Origin: a virus
Lineage: Duplodnaviria > Caudoviricetes
Reading direction: 5' to 3' (one strand)
DNA: 64,000 nt
IMG/VR virus record: IMGVR_UViG_2848092901_000003
Span: 18,022-82,021 of that record
Shown: piece after piece, positions 8,856 through 17,615 of the stretch
Layout of the letters: each line of letters starts with the position of its first letter
Numbering within the stretch: the stretch's first letter is position 1
The notes under the pieces: model-generated
Told to the model about the DNA's origin: nothing
The model's database searches: none
What the model saw: only the letters and a program-made list of their open reading frames with translations
Made by a program: the position numbers and the translations under genes

Positions 8856-9332
8856 ATGAACGAAAAAAGATACTACATCGCCTACGGCAGCAACCTGAAT
8901 GTTCGGCAGATGCGGATGCGCTGCCCTCACGCCACGATCCTCGGTACGGCAAACCTTAAGGATTGGGAACTGCTTTTTAAGGGAAGCAGGACCGGCTCTT
9001 ACCTGACCATTGAAGAATGCGAAAACGGCACGGTTCCCGTGGTGATCTGGGAGGTGACGGCTGCAGACGAAGCCGCCCTCGACCGTTATGAAGGATTCCC
9101 GACCTTTTACTACAAGCGGGATATCCGTCTCCAGTACAAAGGCATCCGGACAGGCAGACGCAGGACGGTGACGGCCTTTGCCTACATCATGCACGAGGAC
9201 AGGCCGATTGGGATTCCCAGCAATCTCTATATGCGGACTTGCCTGGAAGGGTATGACGCCTTCCGCTTTGACAAGAATATTCTGGTTGATGCTTATGATA
9301 AATGCAGGGAGGTATGCGGATATGAAGGATAA
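8856..9332 (+). CDS. Gamma-glutamylcyclotransferase (AIG2-like) family protein
   Basis: YIAYGSNL and LDRYEGFP motifs. Confidence 0.9.
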   Translation: MNEKRYYIAYGSNLNVRQMRMRCPHATILGTANLKDWELLFKGSRTGSYLTIEECENGTVPVVIWEVTAADEAALDRYEGFPTFYYKRDIRLQYKGIRTGRRRTVTAFAYIMHEDRPIGIPSNLYMRTCLEGYDAFRFDKNILVDAYDKCREVCGYEG

Positions 9333-9522
9333 TGTGATCCGGATGGCGGTCTGCCCGCTTTGCGGCAGGACCTACCACGGCGCTCCGGCGCTTTCAAGAG
9401 AAGACAACGAAACGCTCATCTGCCCGGACTGTGGCACCAGGCAGGCGCTCCAGTCTATCGGTGTGGACAGCGCCGAGCAGGAGCAGATCATTGAGACGAT
9501 CCACCGCCATACACAGGAGTGA
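9322..9522 (+). CDS. Small zinc-ribbon protein
   Basis: Two CxxC pairs (CPLC, CPDC); GGAGG SD; start overlaps the GGCT stop. Confidence 0.7.
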   Translation: MKDNVIRMAVCPLCGRTYHGAPALSREDNETLICPDCGTRQALQSIGVDSAEQEQIIETIHRHTQE

Positions 9523-9573
9523 TATACACAATTTATTCCTCCGATCTTTGTGCGGATTATGCTCAGAATTAAC

Positions 9574-9605
9574 TTGATAATATATGGTTTTAGAGCGAAT
9601 ATGTA
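9574..9605 (+). promoter_or_regulatory. Repeated promoter-like motif, copy 3
   Basis: TTGATA-N12-AGAGCGA, preceded by TACACA-N18-TGTGCG; the downstream ACACCGAAAGGGAAAAC is shared with copy 2. Confidence 0.65.
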
Positions 9606-9646
9606 CACACCGAAAGGGAAAACAAAGAAAACGGAGGATACAAGCC

Positions 9647-9934
9647 ATGATGATCAACGAAGCGATGAAAAAGTACCGGCTGCCGAACCCCACCACAACC
9701 GAGGATTTGGAGATGCGGTTCTCCGGCATGGACGGCAAGACGTTGACTTTTGGAGATAAGGTTCTCCTTGCCGGATACTACTACAACGGGAGAAACAAGC
9801 CCTGCTGCTTCGGCGCGGCATACGAGTTCCTTACCGATGACCACACCTGCGAAGGTATGATCGGGCTGAGAGCAGCCAGCGGGGTTGAGTTTGAGGATGA
9901 TGGCCACGCCATCGCTTGGGCGATGCAGCAGTAA
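9647..9934 (+). CDS. Hypothetical phage protein
   Basis: 95 aa ORF with GGAGG SD behind promoter copy 3. Confidence 0.7.
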   Translation: MMINEAMKKYRLPNPTTTEDLEMRFSGMDGKTLTFGDKVLLAGYYYNGRNKPCCFGAAYEFLTDDHTCEGMIGLRAASGVEFEDDGHAIAWAMQQ

Positions 9935-10048
9935 ATAAAAGAACATAATAACCTGAGATCGAGCCGCACGGCTCTTTCTCTCGTACAGAACCATTTTGGA
10001 AGTCGCAGCGATGCGGCTATTTTTTATGCCATTTGGGAGGTGGTGTCT

Positions 10049-11650
10049 ATGCGAAAACTGAAGAAATACAAGCCTACCAAGTTCATGGCGAAGACCTCGC
10101 ACTATGATAAGGACGCCGCCGACTATGCGGTCATGTTCATCGAGTCCCTCTGCCACACCAAGGGCACCTGGGCGGGAAAACCCTTTGAACTGATTGACTG
10201 GCAGGAACAGATCATCCGCGACCTGTTCGGCGTGTTAAAGCCCAATGGCTACCGTCAGTTTAATACAGCATATATCGAGATCCCCAAGAAACAGGGCAAA
10301 TCGGAGCTTGCCGCCGCCGTGGCGCTCCTGCTTCTCTGTGGGGACGGCGAGGAACGGGCTGAGGTGTATGGCTGCGCCGCTGACCGCAACCAGGCAAAGA
10401 TCGTGTTTGATGTGGCGGTGGATATGGTGCGGTTCTGTCCGGCGCTTTCCAAGCGGGTAAAGATCCTGGAATCCCAGAAGAAGATCACCTACCTTCCCAC
10501 TAACAGCTCCTACCAGGTGCTTTCGGCGGATGTGGCGAACAAGCATGGCTTTAATACCCACGGCGTAATCTTCGATGAGCTGCATACCCAGCCTAACCGG
10601 AAACTCTTTGACGTCATGCTCCAGGGCTCCGGGGACGCCCGGATGCAGCCGCTTTACTTTCTGATCACCACGGCCGGCAACGATACCAACTCCATCTGCT
10701 ATGAGGTACACCAGAAAGCCATTGACATCGCAGAGGGACGGAAGGTTGATCCTACCTTTTATTCGGTCATTTACGGTGCTGCCGAGAATGAGGACTGGAC
10801 AGACCCCAAGGTCTGGAAGAAGGCAAATCCTTCCCTGGGCATCACGGTGGGGATCGACAAGGTCAGGGCAGCCTGTGAATCCGCCCGGCAGAATCCTGGC
10901 GAGGAGAACGCTTTCCGGCAGCTAAGGCTCAATCAGTGGGTGAAACAGTCTGTCCGTTGGATGCCGATGGACAAGTGGGACGCCTGCGCGTTCCCGGTTT
11001 CCGAGGACGATTTGGAAGGCCGCATCTGCTACGGCGGGCTGGACTTGTCCTCCACCACGGACATCACGGCCTTTGTGCTGGTGTTCCCGCCGCTGGATGA
11101 GGAGGACAAATACTACATCCTGCCCTACTTCTGGATACCGGAGGAAACGCTTGACCTCCGTGTCCGACGCGACCATGTCCCCTATGATCTATGGGAGCGC
11201 CAGGGGACGCTGATGACTACAGAAGGCAACGTGGTACATTACGGCTACATTGAGAAATTCATCGAGCAGTTGGGCGAACGGTTCAACATCCGGGAGATTG
11301 CCTTTGACCGCTGGGGCGCTGTGCAGATGGTGCAGAATCTGGAAGGCATGGGCTTTACGGTGGTTCCCTTCGGACAGGGCTTTAAGGATATGTCCCCGCC
11401 GACCAAGGAGCTGATGAAGCTGGTGCTGGAGGAACGCATCGCTCACGGCGGCCACCCAGTGCTGCGCTGGATGATGGACAACATCTATATCCGCACGGAT
11501 CCGGCGGGCAATATCAAGGCGGACAAAGAGAAATCCACAGAGAAAATCGACGGCGCAATCGCCACTATCATGGGGCTTGACCGGGCGATCCGCTGCGGCA
11601 ACGATACAGGCGCTTCGGTTTATGACAGCCGGGGGCTTTTGTTTATCTGA
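10049..11650 (+). CDS. terL: Terminase large subunit
   Basis: Walker A-like IPKKQGKS, Walker B VIFDELH, nuclease GGLDLS and EKIDG. Confidence 0.95.
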   Translation: MRKLKKYKPTKFMAKTSHYDKDAADYAVMFIESLCHTKGTWAGKPFELIDWQEQIIRDLFGVLKPNGYRQFNTAYIEIPKKQGKSELAAAVALLLLCGDGEERAEVYGCAADRNQAKIVFDVAVDMVRFCPALSKRVKILESQKKITYLPTNSSYQVLSADVANKHGFNTHGVIFDELHTQPNRKLFDVMLQGSGDARMQPLYFLITTAGNDTNSICYEVHQKAIDIAEGRKVDPTFYSVIYGAAENEDWTDPKVWKKANPSLGITVGIDKVRAACESARQNPGEENAFRQLRLNQWVKQSVRWMPMDKWDACAFPVSEDDLEGRICYGGLDLSSTTDITAFVLVFPPLDEEDKYYILPYFWIPEETLDLRVRRDHVPYDLWERQGTLMTTEGNVVHYGYIEKFIEQLGERFNIREIAFDRWGAVQMVQNLEGMGFTVVPFGQGFKDMSPPTKELMKLVLEERIAHGGHPVLRWMMDNIYIRTDPAGNIKADKEKSTEKIDGAIATIMGLDRAIRCGNDTGASVYDSRGLLFI

Positions 11651-11667
11651 AAGGACGGTGATTCGAT

Positions 11668-13026
11668 ATGGGTATCTTTTCCGGGCTGTTCCGTTCCAGG
11701 GACAAGCCCCAGGACCGCACCGCCGGCAGCGGCTATGCGTTCTATTTCGGCGGCACCACCTCCGGCAAAGCGGTGACGGAACGCTCCGCCATGCAGATGA
11801 CAGCGGTGTATTCCTGCGTCCGTATCCTGGCCGAAGCGGTGGCAGGTCTGCCGCTGCACCTCTACCGCTACAAGGAGGACGGCGGCAAGGAAAAAGCCAT
11901 TGACCATCCGCTGTATCTGCTCCTGCATGACGAGCCGAACCCGGAGATGAGTTCCTTTGTGTTCCGGGAAACGCTCATGACGCACCTGCTTCTGTGGGGC
12001 AACGCCTATGCTCAGATCATCCGCAATGGAAAGGGAGAAGTGATCGCCCTCTATCCACTGATGCCAGATCGGATGACTGTGAATCGTGACAGCAAAGGAC
12101 AGCTATATTACGAATACACCGTCAGCATGGATGATGCTCCTACGATTAAGGGAAGCCTTGTCCGGCTGAACCCCTCCGATGTTCTGCATATTCCAGGGCT
12201 TGGCTTTGACGGGCTGGTGGGCTATTCCCCTATCGCAATGGCCAAGAACGCCATCGGCATGGCGATTGCCTGTGAGGAATACGGGGCGAAGTTCTTTGCC
12301 AACGGCGCCGCTCCCGGCGGTGTGCTGGAGCACCCCGGCACAATCAAAGACCCTCAGCGGGTACGGGAGAGCTGGCAGTCCACCTTCGGCGGCAGCGGCA
12401 ACAGCAATAAGATCGCCGTGCTGGAAGAGGGCATGAAATACACGCCCATCGGCATCTCACCGGAGCAGGCGCAGTTTTTGGAAACGAGAAAGTTCCAGAT
12501 CAATGAGATCGCCCGCATTTTCCGGGTGCCGCCCCACATGGTGGGCGACCTGGAAAAGTCGAGCTTTTCCAATATTGAGCAGCAGTCTTTGGAGTTTGTG
12601 AAATACACGCTGGAGCCCTGGCTGGTGCGCTGGGAGCAGTCCATCCAACGGACGCTCTTTTCTCCGGAGGAAAAGAAGCGGTACTTTGCCAAGTTCAATG
12701 TGGAAGGGCTGCTCCGGGGTGACTATGCCAGCAGGATGTCCGGCTACGCCACGGCGAGGCAGAACGGATGGATGAGCGCCAATGACATCCGGGAACTGGA
12801 AAACCTTGATCGTATTCCTACGGAAGATGGCGGCGATCTGTACCTTATTAACGGCAATATGCTCCCGCTGGGAAATGCGGGTGCTTTTGCAGATACACAA
12901 ACGGGAAAGGAGGAAAACCCCGATGAAGAAGTTCTGGAAGTGGAAGAACCAGGCAGCAACGGAGACAGCTCCGGCGGAACGGACGCTGTTCCTGAACGGC
13001 ACCATCGCCGAGGAAAGCTGGTTTGA
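11668..13026 (+). CDS. HK97-family portal protein
   Basis: AVYSCVRILAEAVA, LLWGNAY, IARIFRVPPHMVG and NEIRELENL-like motifs. Confidence 0.95.
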   Translation: MGIFSGLFRSRDKPQDRTAGSGYAFYFGGTTSGKAVTERSAMQMTAVYSCVRILAEAVAGLPLHLYRYKEDGGKEKAIDHPLYLLLHDEPNPEMSSFVFRETLMTHLLLWGNAYAQIIRNGKGEVIALYPLMPDRMTVNRDSKGQLYYEYTVSMDDAPTIKGSLVRLNPSDVLHIPGLGFDGLVGYSPIAMAKNAIGMAIACEEYGAKFFANGAAPGGVLEHPGTIKDPQRVRESWQSTFGGSGNSNKIAVLEEGMKYTPIGISPEQAQFLETRKFQINEIARIFRVPPHMVGDLEKSSFSNIEQQSLEFVKYTLEPWLVRWEQSIQRTLFSPEEKKRYFAKFNVEGLLRGDYASRMSGYATARQNGWMSANDIRELENLDRIPTEDGGDLYLINGNMLPLGNAGAFADTQTGKEENPDEEVLEVEEPGSNGDSSGGTDAVPERHHRRGKLV

Positions 13027-13663
13027 CGATGACGTCACGCCGCAGCTTTTTAAGGAGGAACTGATGTCCGGGGACGGCGATATCACCGTCTGGATCAACT
13101 CCCCAGGCGGGGACTGTGTGGCGGCGGCGCAGATCTACAATATGCTCATGGATTACCCCCATGATGTGACCATAAAGATCGATGGCATCGCAGCCAGCGC
13201 CGCCTCGGTCATTGCCATGGCCGGCACGAAGGTGCTGGTATCTCCGGTGTCCATGATGATGATCCACAACCCTATGACCGTTGCCATGGGCGATACCGCA
13301 GAGATGCAGAAAGCCATCGAGATGCTTGGCAGCGTCAAGGATTCCATCATCAACGCCTACGAAATCAAGACCGGTTTGTCCCGCGCTAAACTCTCCCATC
13401 TGATGGATGCCGAGACCTGGATGGACGCGAACAAGGCGGTGGAACTTGGCTTTGCCGATGACGTCCTGCACCGGGCGGAGATCCCGGAGGATGTGGAGCC
13501 GTCTGCGGTGTCCATGCTCTATTCTAAAGCCGCTGTGGTGAATTCCCTTATGGATAAGATCGCAGCCAAATGCAGGACCAACCCTAAGAAAACTGAAAAA
13601 CCCAACCCCCAGGGCCGCTCTGTAGACAGTCTCTACGAGCGGCTCAATCTTTTGAAGCATTAA
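12923..13663 (+). CDS. clpP: ClpP-like prohead maturation protease
   Basis: INSPGG, DGIAASAAS, MIHNP and ETWMDA motifs; AAGGAGG SD at ~12908. Confidence 0.92.
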   Translation: MKKFWKWKNQAATETAPAERTLFLNGTIAEESWFDDDVTPQLFKEELMSGDGDITVWINSPGGDCVAAAQIYNMLMDYPHDVTIKIDGIAASAASVIAMAGTKVLVSPVSMMMIHNPMTVAMGDTAEMQKAIEMLGSVKDSIINAYEIKTGLSRAKLSHLMDAETWMDANKAVELGFADDVLHRAEIPEDVEPSAVSMLYSKAAVVNSLMDKIAAKCRTNPKKTEKPNPQGRSVDSLYERLNLLKH

Positions 13664-13676
13664 GGAGGATACGACT

Positions 13677-14879
13677 ATGACGATTTTGGAACTGCGCGAG
13701 AAGCGCGCGAAAGCCTGGGAAGCCGCCAAAGCCTTTCTGGATTCCCACAGAAATGATAAGGGCGTCCTGTCTGCCGAGGACGACGCCGCCTACACCCGCA
13801 TGGAGCAGGAAATTACCGACCTTGGCAAGGAGATCGCCCGCCTGGAACGCCAGGAGGCGCTGGACGCGGAACTGAACCGCCCGGTGAACAAGCCCCTGAC
13901 GGGTAAGCCTATGAACGGCAAGGAGGAGAATAAGACCGGCCGCGCCACGGATGAGTACCGGCAGAATTTCTGGAACATGATGCGCTCCAAAGCGCCCATG
14001 CCCTCTGTGGTAAACGCCCTGCAGATCGGTACGGACTCCGAGGGCGGATACCTGGTGCCGGATGAGTACGAGCGCACCCTGGTGGAGGCGCTGGAGGAAG
14101 AGAATGTGTTCCGCCAGCTCGCCAAAGTGATCCAGACCTCCAGCGGCGACCGCAAGATTCCGGTGGTGGCAACGAAGGGCACCGCATCCTGGATTGACGA
14201 GGAAGGCGCCTACACCGAGAGCGACGATTCCTTCGGCCAGGTATCCATCGGGGCCTACAAGCTGGGGACAATGATCAAGGTTTCCGAGGAACTCTTGAAC
14301 GACAGCGTCTTTGACCTGGAAAGCTACATCTCCCGCGAGTTTGCCCGACGCATCGGCGCCAAGGAGGAAGAAGCCTTCTTTACCGGGGACGGCTCTGGCA
14401 AGCCCCTGGGCATCCTGGCTTCGAGCGGCGGCGCGGAAACCGGCATCACCGCCGCGTCCGCTACCGCCATTACGGCGGATGAGCTGATCGACCTGTTCTA
14501 CTCCCTGAAATCGCCCTACCGCCGCAACGCCGTGTGGGTGCTGAATGACTCCACCATTAAGGCCATCCGCAAGCTGAAGGACAGCAATGGCCAGTACCTG
14601 TGGCAGCCTTCCCTGACCGCAGGCACGCCGGATACCATTCTGGGCCGTCCTGTGCGCACTTCCGCTTATATGCCCGCCATCGCCGCCAGCGCCAAGACCA
14701 TCGCTTTCGGCGATTTCAGCTACTACTGGATCGCTGACCGCCAGGGGCGTTCCTTCAAGCGCCTGAACGAGCTGTACGCGGCAAACGGTCAGGTGGGCTT
14801 CCTCGCTTCCCAGCGCGTGGACGGCAAGCTGATCCTGTCCGAGGCCATCAAGGTGCTGGCACAGAAAGCATCGACATAA
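13677..14879 (+). CDS. Major capsid protein (HK97 fold)
   Basis: Coiled-coil delta domain, GGYLVP, and GDFS..Y...R motifs. Confidence 0.95.
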   Translation: MTILELREKRAKAWEAAKAFLDSHRNDKGVLSAEDDAAYTRMEQEITDLGKEIARLERQEALDAELNRPVNKPLTGKPMNGKEENKTGRATDEYRQNFWNMMRSKAPMPSVVNALQIGTDSEGGYLVPDEYERTLVEALEEENVFRQLAKVIQTSSGDRKIPVVATKGTASWIDEEGAYTESDDSFGQVSIGAYKLGTMIKVSEELLNDSVFDLESYISREFARRIGAKEEEAFFTGDGSGKPLGILASSGGAETGITAASATAITADELIDLFYSLKSPYRRNAVWVLNDSTIKAIRKLKDSNGQYLWQPSLTAGTPDTILGRPVRTSAYMPAIAASAKTIAFGDFSYYWIADRQGRSFKRLNELYAANGQVGFLASQRVDGKLILSEAIKVLAQKAST

Positions 14880-14898
14880 CGGAAAGGGGGCGGCGGTG

Positions 14899-15210
14899 AT
14901 GGACACTCTGCTGGAAAAAGTCAAGGCAAACCTGATTCTGGAGCATTCGGCGGATGATGCGCTTTTGCAGGGCTACATCACCGCCGCTGTTTCCTATGCG
15001 GAAAGCTACCAGCACGTCCCGGAAGGGACTTATGCTGAAAATTCCATGCCTGCTACCACCGAACAGGCGGTGATCATGCTGGCATCCCACTTCTACGAGT
15101 CCAGGGACGGCAGCACGGGCGGCTTCTTTGCGGACAACACCAACGCGGCACAGCAGGTATGGAACACGGTCAACCTTCTCCTTCGGCTCGACCGAGATTG
15201 GAAGGTGTGA
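14899..15210 (+). CDS. Head-tail connector (gp6-like)
   Basis: VKANLILEHSADD..QAVIMLASHFYE.R pattern; synteny. Confidence 0.85.
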   Translation: MDTLLEKVKANLILEHSADDALLQGYITAAVSYAESYQHVPEGTYAENSMPATTEQAVIMLASHFYESRDGSTGGFFADNTNAAQQVWNTVNLLLRLDRDWKV

Positions 15211-15212
15211 GT

Positions 15213-15545
15213 ATGAGCTTTGGCAAGATGAACACCTTCCTCTCCATTGTGGAAAAGCAGTTCACGCAGGACGAGGACGGCTTTAAGACGGAAATGGATG
15301 TAACTGTGGCAAAGGTGCGCGCTTACCGGGAAGGCCGGCACGGCAGTGAGAAGTGGGCCAACATGGCGTCTTTCTCCACTGCCACCGACTTGTTCCGGTT
15401 CCGGGTAATCCCCGGCGTAGCAGTCACAACGGATATGCGCATCCTCTGCGATGGGCATACCTTTGAGATCACTTCGGTGGAAGACGTCAAAGGCCGGGGG
15501 ATGTATCTGGAGATTATGGCGCAGGAGGTGAAACCCGGTGGCTAA
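15213..15545 (+). CDS. Head closure / head-tail adaptor protein
   Basis: Synteny; FRFRVIPG..MRI..DG..FEITSV pattern. Confidence 0.8.
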   Translation: MSFGKMNTFLSIVEKQFTQDEDGFKTEMDVTVAKVRAYREGRHGSEKWANMASFSTATDLFRFRVIPGVAVTTDMRILCDGHTFEITSVEDVKGRGMYLEIMAQEVKPGG

Positions 15546-15969
15546 AGCGACATGGAAAATGCCGGACGACTTTCTGATGAAGGTGTCCAGGCTGGCGGAC
15601 AAGACGGATGAGATTCTCCCGAAGGTGCTGGAGGCAGGCGCGGAGGTTGTGGAGGACAAGGTGCGCTCCAATTTGCAGGCGGTCATCGGCAGCGGGACGA
15701 AGTATGAGTCCAGAAGCACCGGGGAACTTCTGCGCTCCCTTGGCACTTCACCTGCCCTGCAGGATAAAAACGGGGACTTCAATGTGAAGGTGGGCTTTTC
15801 CGAGCCTCGTTCCGATGGCGACAGCAACGCCAAAATCGCCACCATCCTGGAATACGGCAAAAGCGGCCAGCCCGCAAAGCCTTTCTTAAAACCAGCCCGT
15901 TCCTCTTCCAGGAACGCCTGTATCAACGCTATGAAAGCAAAGCTGGACGAGGAGGTGGAGAAAATTTGA
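15538..15969 (+). CDS. HK97 gp10-like neck protein
   Basis: ILEYGKSGQPAKPFLKPA motif. Confidence 0.85.
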   Translation: MAKATWKMPDDFLMKVSRLADKTDEILPKVLEAGAEVVEDKVRSNLQAVIGSGTKYESRSTGELLRSLGTSPALQDKNGDFNVKVGFSEPRSDGDSNAKIATILEYGKSGQPAKPFLKPARSSSRNACINAMKAKLDEEVEKI

Positions 15970-16301
15970 GCCTTTTATCGGAAATCAAGGCTGCGGTTAC
16001 CGGCTGCGGCCTGCCTGTAGAGACGGGCGTATTCTCCGATGAGCCGCCGGTGGAATATGTGGTGGTCACGCCTTTGGCGGACACCTATGAACTCCATGCG
16101 GATAACCTCCCAGAGTATGAAACCCAGGAGGCGCGGCTCTCCCTGTTTACCAAAGGCAACTATCTGAAGCGAAAGGAGCAGCTTTCAAAGGCGCTCCTCG
16201 CCGCTGATTTTACCATTACGGACAGACGGTATATTGACCATGAGGACGATACCGGCTTCCATCATTACGCCATTGACGTGGCGAAATTATACAAACTTTA
16301 A
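15966..16301 (+). CDS. Putative tail terminator/completion protein
   Basis: Synteny between gp10-like and major tail genes; HEDDTGFHHYAIDV. Confidence 0.7.
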   Translation: MSLLSEIKAAVTGCGLPVETGVFSDEPPVEYVVVTPLADTYELHADNLPEYETQEARLSLFTKGNYLKRKEQLSKALLAADFTITDRRYIDHEDDTGFHHYAIDVAKLYKL

Positions 16302-16403
16302 ATTATGAACGGCGGAACGGCGCGGGCGGAAAGGTTGCGTTACCAAAAATACTGGTGCGCGAATTGCCCCCGGCGGTTCGCCGGTGAAATGGAGGAATGA
16401 ACT

Positions 16404-17015
16404 ATGGCTACGATTGGCCTTGACAAGCTGTATTACGCCAAGATTACCGAAGATACTTCGGGCAATGAAACTTACGAAGATCCGCTGCCTTTGGCAAAGG
16501 CCATGACCGCCGAGCTTTCCGTGGAACTGGCGGAAGCTACGCTGTATGCGGACGATGGCGCGGCGGAGGTGGTGAAGGAGTTCCAGAGCGGGACGCTGAC
16601 GCTGGGTGTGGACGACATCGGCAAATCTGTCGCAGAGGACCTAACAGGGGCGGTAATCGATGAAAACGGCGTCCTGATCTCTGCGTCGGAGGACGGAGGC
16701 GCTCCGGTCGCTATTGGCTTCCGTGCCAAGAAAGCCAACGGCAAGTACCGCTATTTCTGGCTGTACCGGGTGATTTTCGGCATCCCTGCCACCAACCTGA
16801 CCACTAAGGGCGAGAGCATCGAGTTTTCCACCCCGTCCATCGAGGGAACCGTGACCCGACGCAACAAGGTGGACGGTCAGGGCAAGCACCCCTGGAAAGC
16901 GGAGGTGTCCGAGGATGACTCCGGTGTGTCTTCCACGGTTATCACGGGCTGGTACGATGAGGTCTATGAGCCGTCCTATGCGGATCAGACAGCGGGCGCG
17001 GGCGGCGAAGGATAA
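16404..17015 (+). CDS. Major tail protein
   Basis: IGLDKLYYA, LYADDG and YFWLYRVIF motifs. Confidence 0.9.
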   Translation: MATIGLDKLYYAKITEDTSGNETYEDPLPLAKAMTAELSVELAEATLYADDGAAEVVKEFQSGTLTLGVDDIGKSVAEDLTGAVIDENGVLISASEDGGAPVAIGFRAKKANGKYRYFWLYRVIFGIPATNLTTKGESIEFSTPSIEGTVTRRNKVDGQGKHPWKAEVSEDDSGVSSTVITGWYDEVYEPSYADQTAGAGGEG

Positions 17016-17028
17016 GGAGGTTTGAGGT

Positions 17029-17409
17029 ATGGATGAAAGAACAGCTACTGTCAATATCGGCGGGCAGGAATACGAAATGCTCCTGACCACCAGGGCGACC
17101 AAGGCCATCGCAGGACGCTACGGCGGATTGGAGAACCTGGGCGAGAAGCTGATGAAGGCGGAGAACTTTGAGATGGCGCTGGACGAGATCGTGTGGCTGA
17201 TTACCCTTCTGTGCAATCAGCCCATCCTCGTTCACAACCTAAAACACCCGGAGGACAAAAAGCCGGAGCTGACCGCCGAGGAGGTGGAACTTCTCACCTC
17301 CCCAATGGAACTGACGGACTATAAGGACGCCATTATGGAGGCTATGTACCGGGGGACGAAACGCAATATTGAAAGTGAGCCGGAGGGAAAAAACACAGCG
17401 GCCGGGTAA
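17029..17409 (+). CDS. Tail assembly chaperone (short form)
   Basis: Between major tail and tape measure genes; ends just after a G GGA AAA slippery site. Confidence 0.85.
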   Translation: MDERTATVNIGGQEYEMLLTTRATKAIAGRYGGLENLGEKLMKAENFEMALDEIVWLITLLCNQPILVHNLKHPEDKKPELTAEEVELLTSPMELTDYKDAIMEAMYRGTKRNIESEPEGKNTAAG

Positions 17410-17597
17410 GCGATGAGGAATTGTTTACCCGGCTTTTGTATTACGGCATGGCGCACCTCTCCCTGCGCATGGACGAGGTGTGGCTCATGCCGTTTGGTCT
17501 GCTGATGGATTTGTGGGAATGTCACAGGCAGTTTTTAGGGCTTGCAAAGCCAAAGCAGGAACTGACCATTGACGATGTGATCCCATACGGAATTTAA
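17385..17597 (+). CDS. -1 frameshift extension of tail assembly chaperone (lambda gpGT-like)
   Basis: Heptamer G GGA AAA at 17385-17391; the -1 frame is open to TAA 17597 (..EELFTRLLYYG..VWLMPFGLLMDLWECHRQF..). Confidence 0.8.
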   Translation, partial: GKKHSGRVSDEELFTRLLYYGMAHLSLRMDEVWLMPFGLLMDLWECHRQFLGLAKPKQELTIDDVIPYGI

Positions 17598-17615
17598 GGA
17601 GAGGGGGTGCGGCTT

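Noticed and set aside
13644-14924. 426-aa antisense ORF over the capsid gene (similarly 12848-13729, 22092-23294, 27382-28470, 55928-56905, 62686-63861)
   Set aside because: Mirror ORFs of well-supported genes, with no recognisable domains.
16302-16400. Self-cleaving ribozyme or intron in the tail-gene spacer
   Set aside because: I could not match hammerhead, twister, pistol, HDV or group I/II core motifs; kept only as a possible insertion scar.
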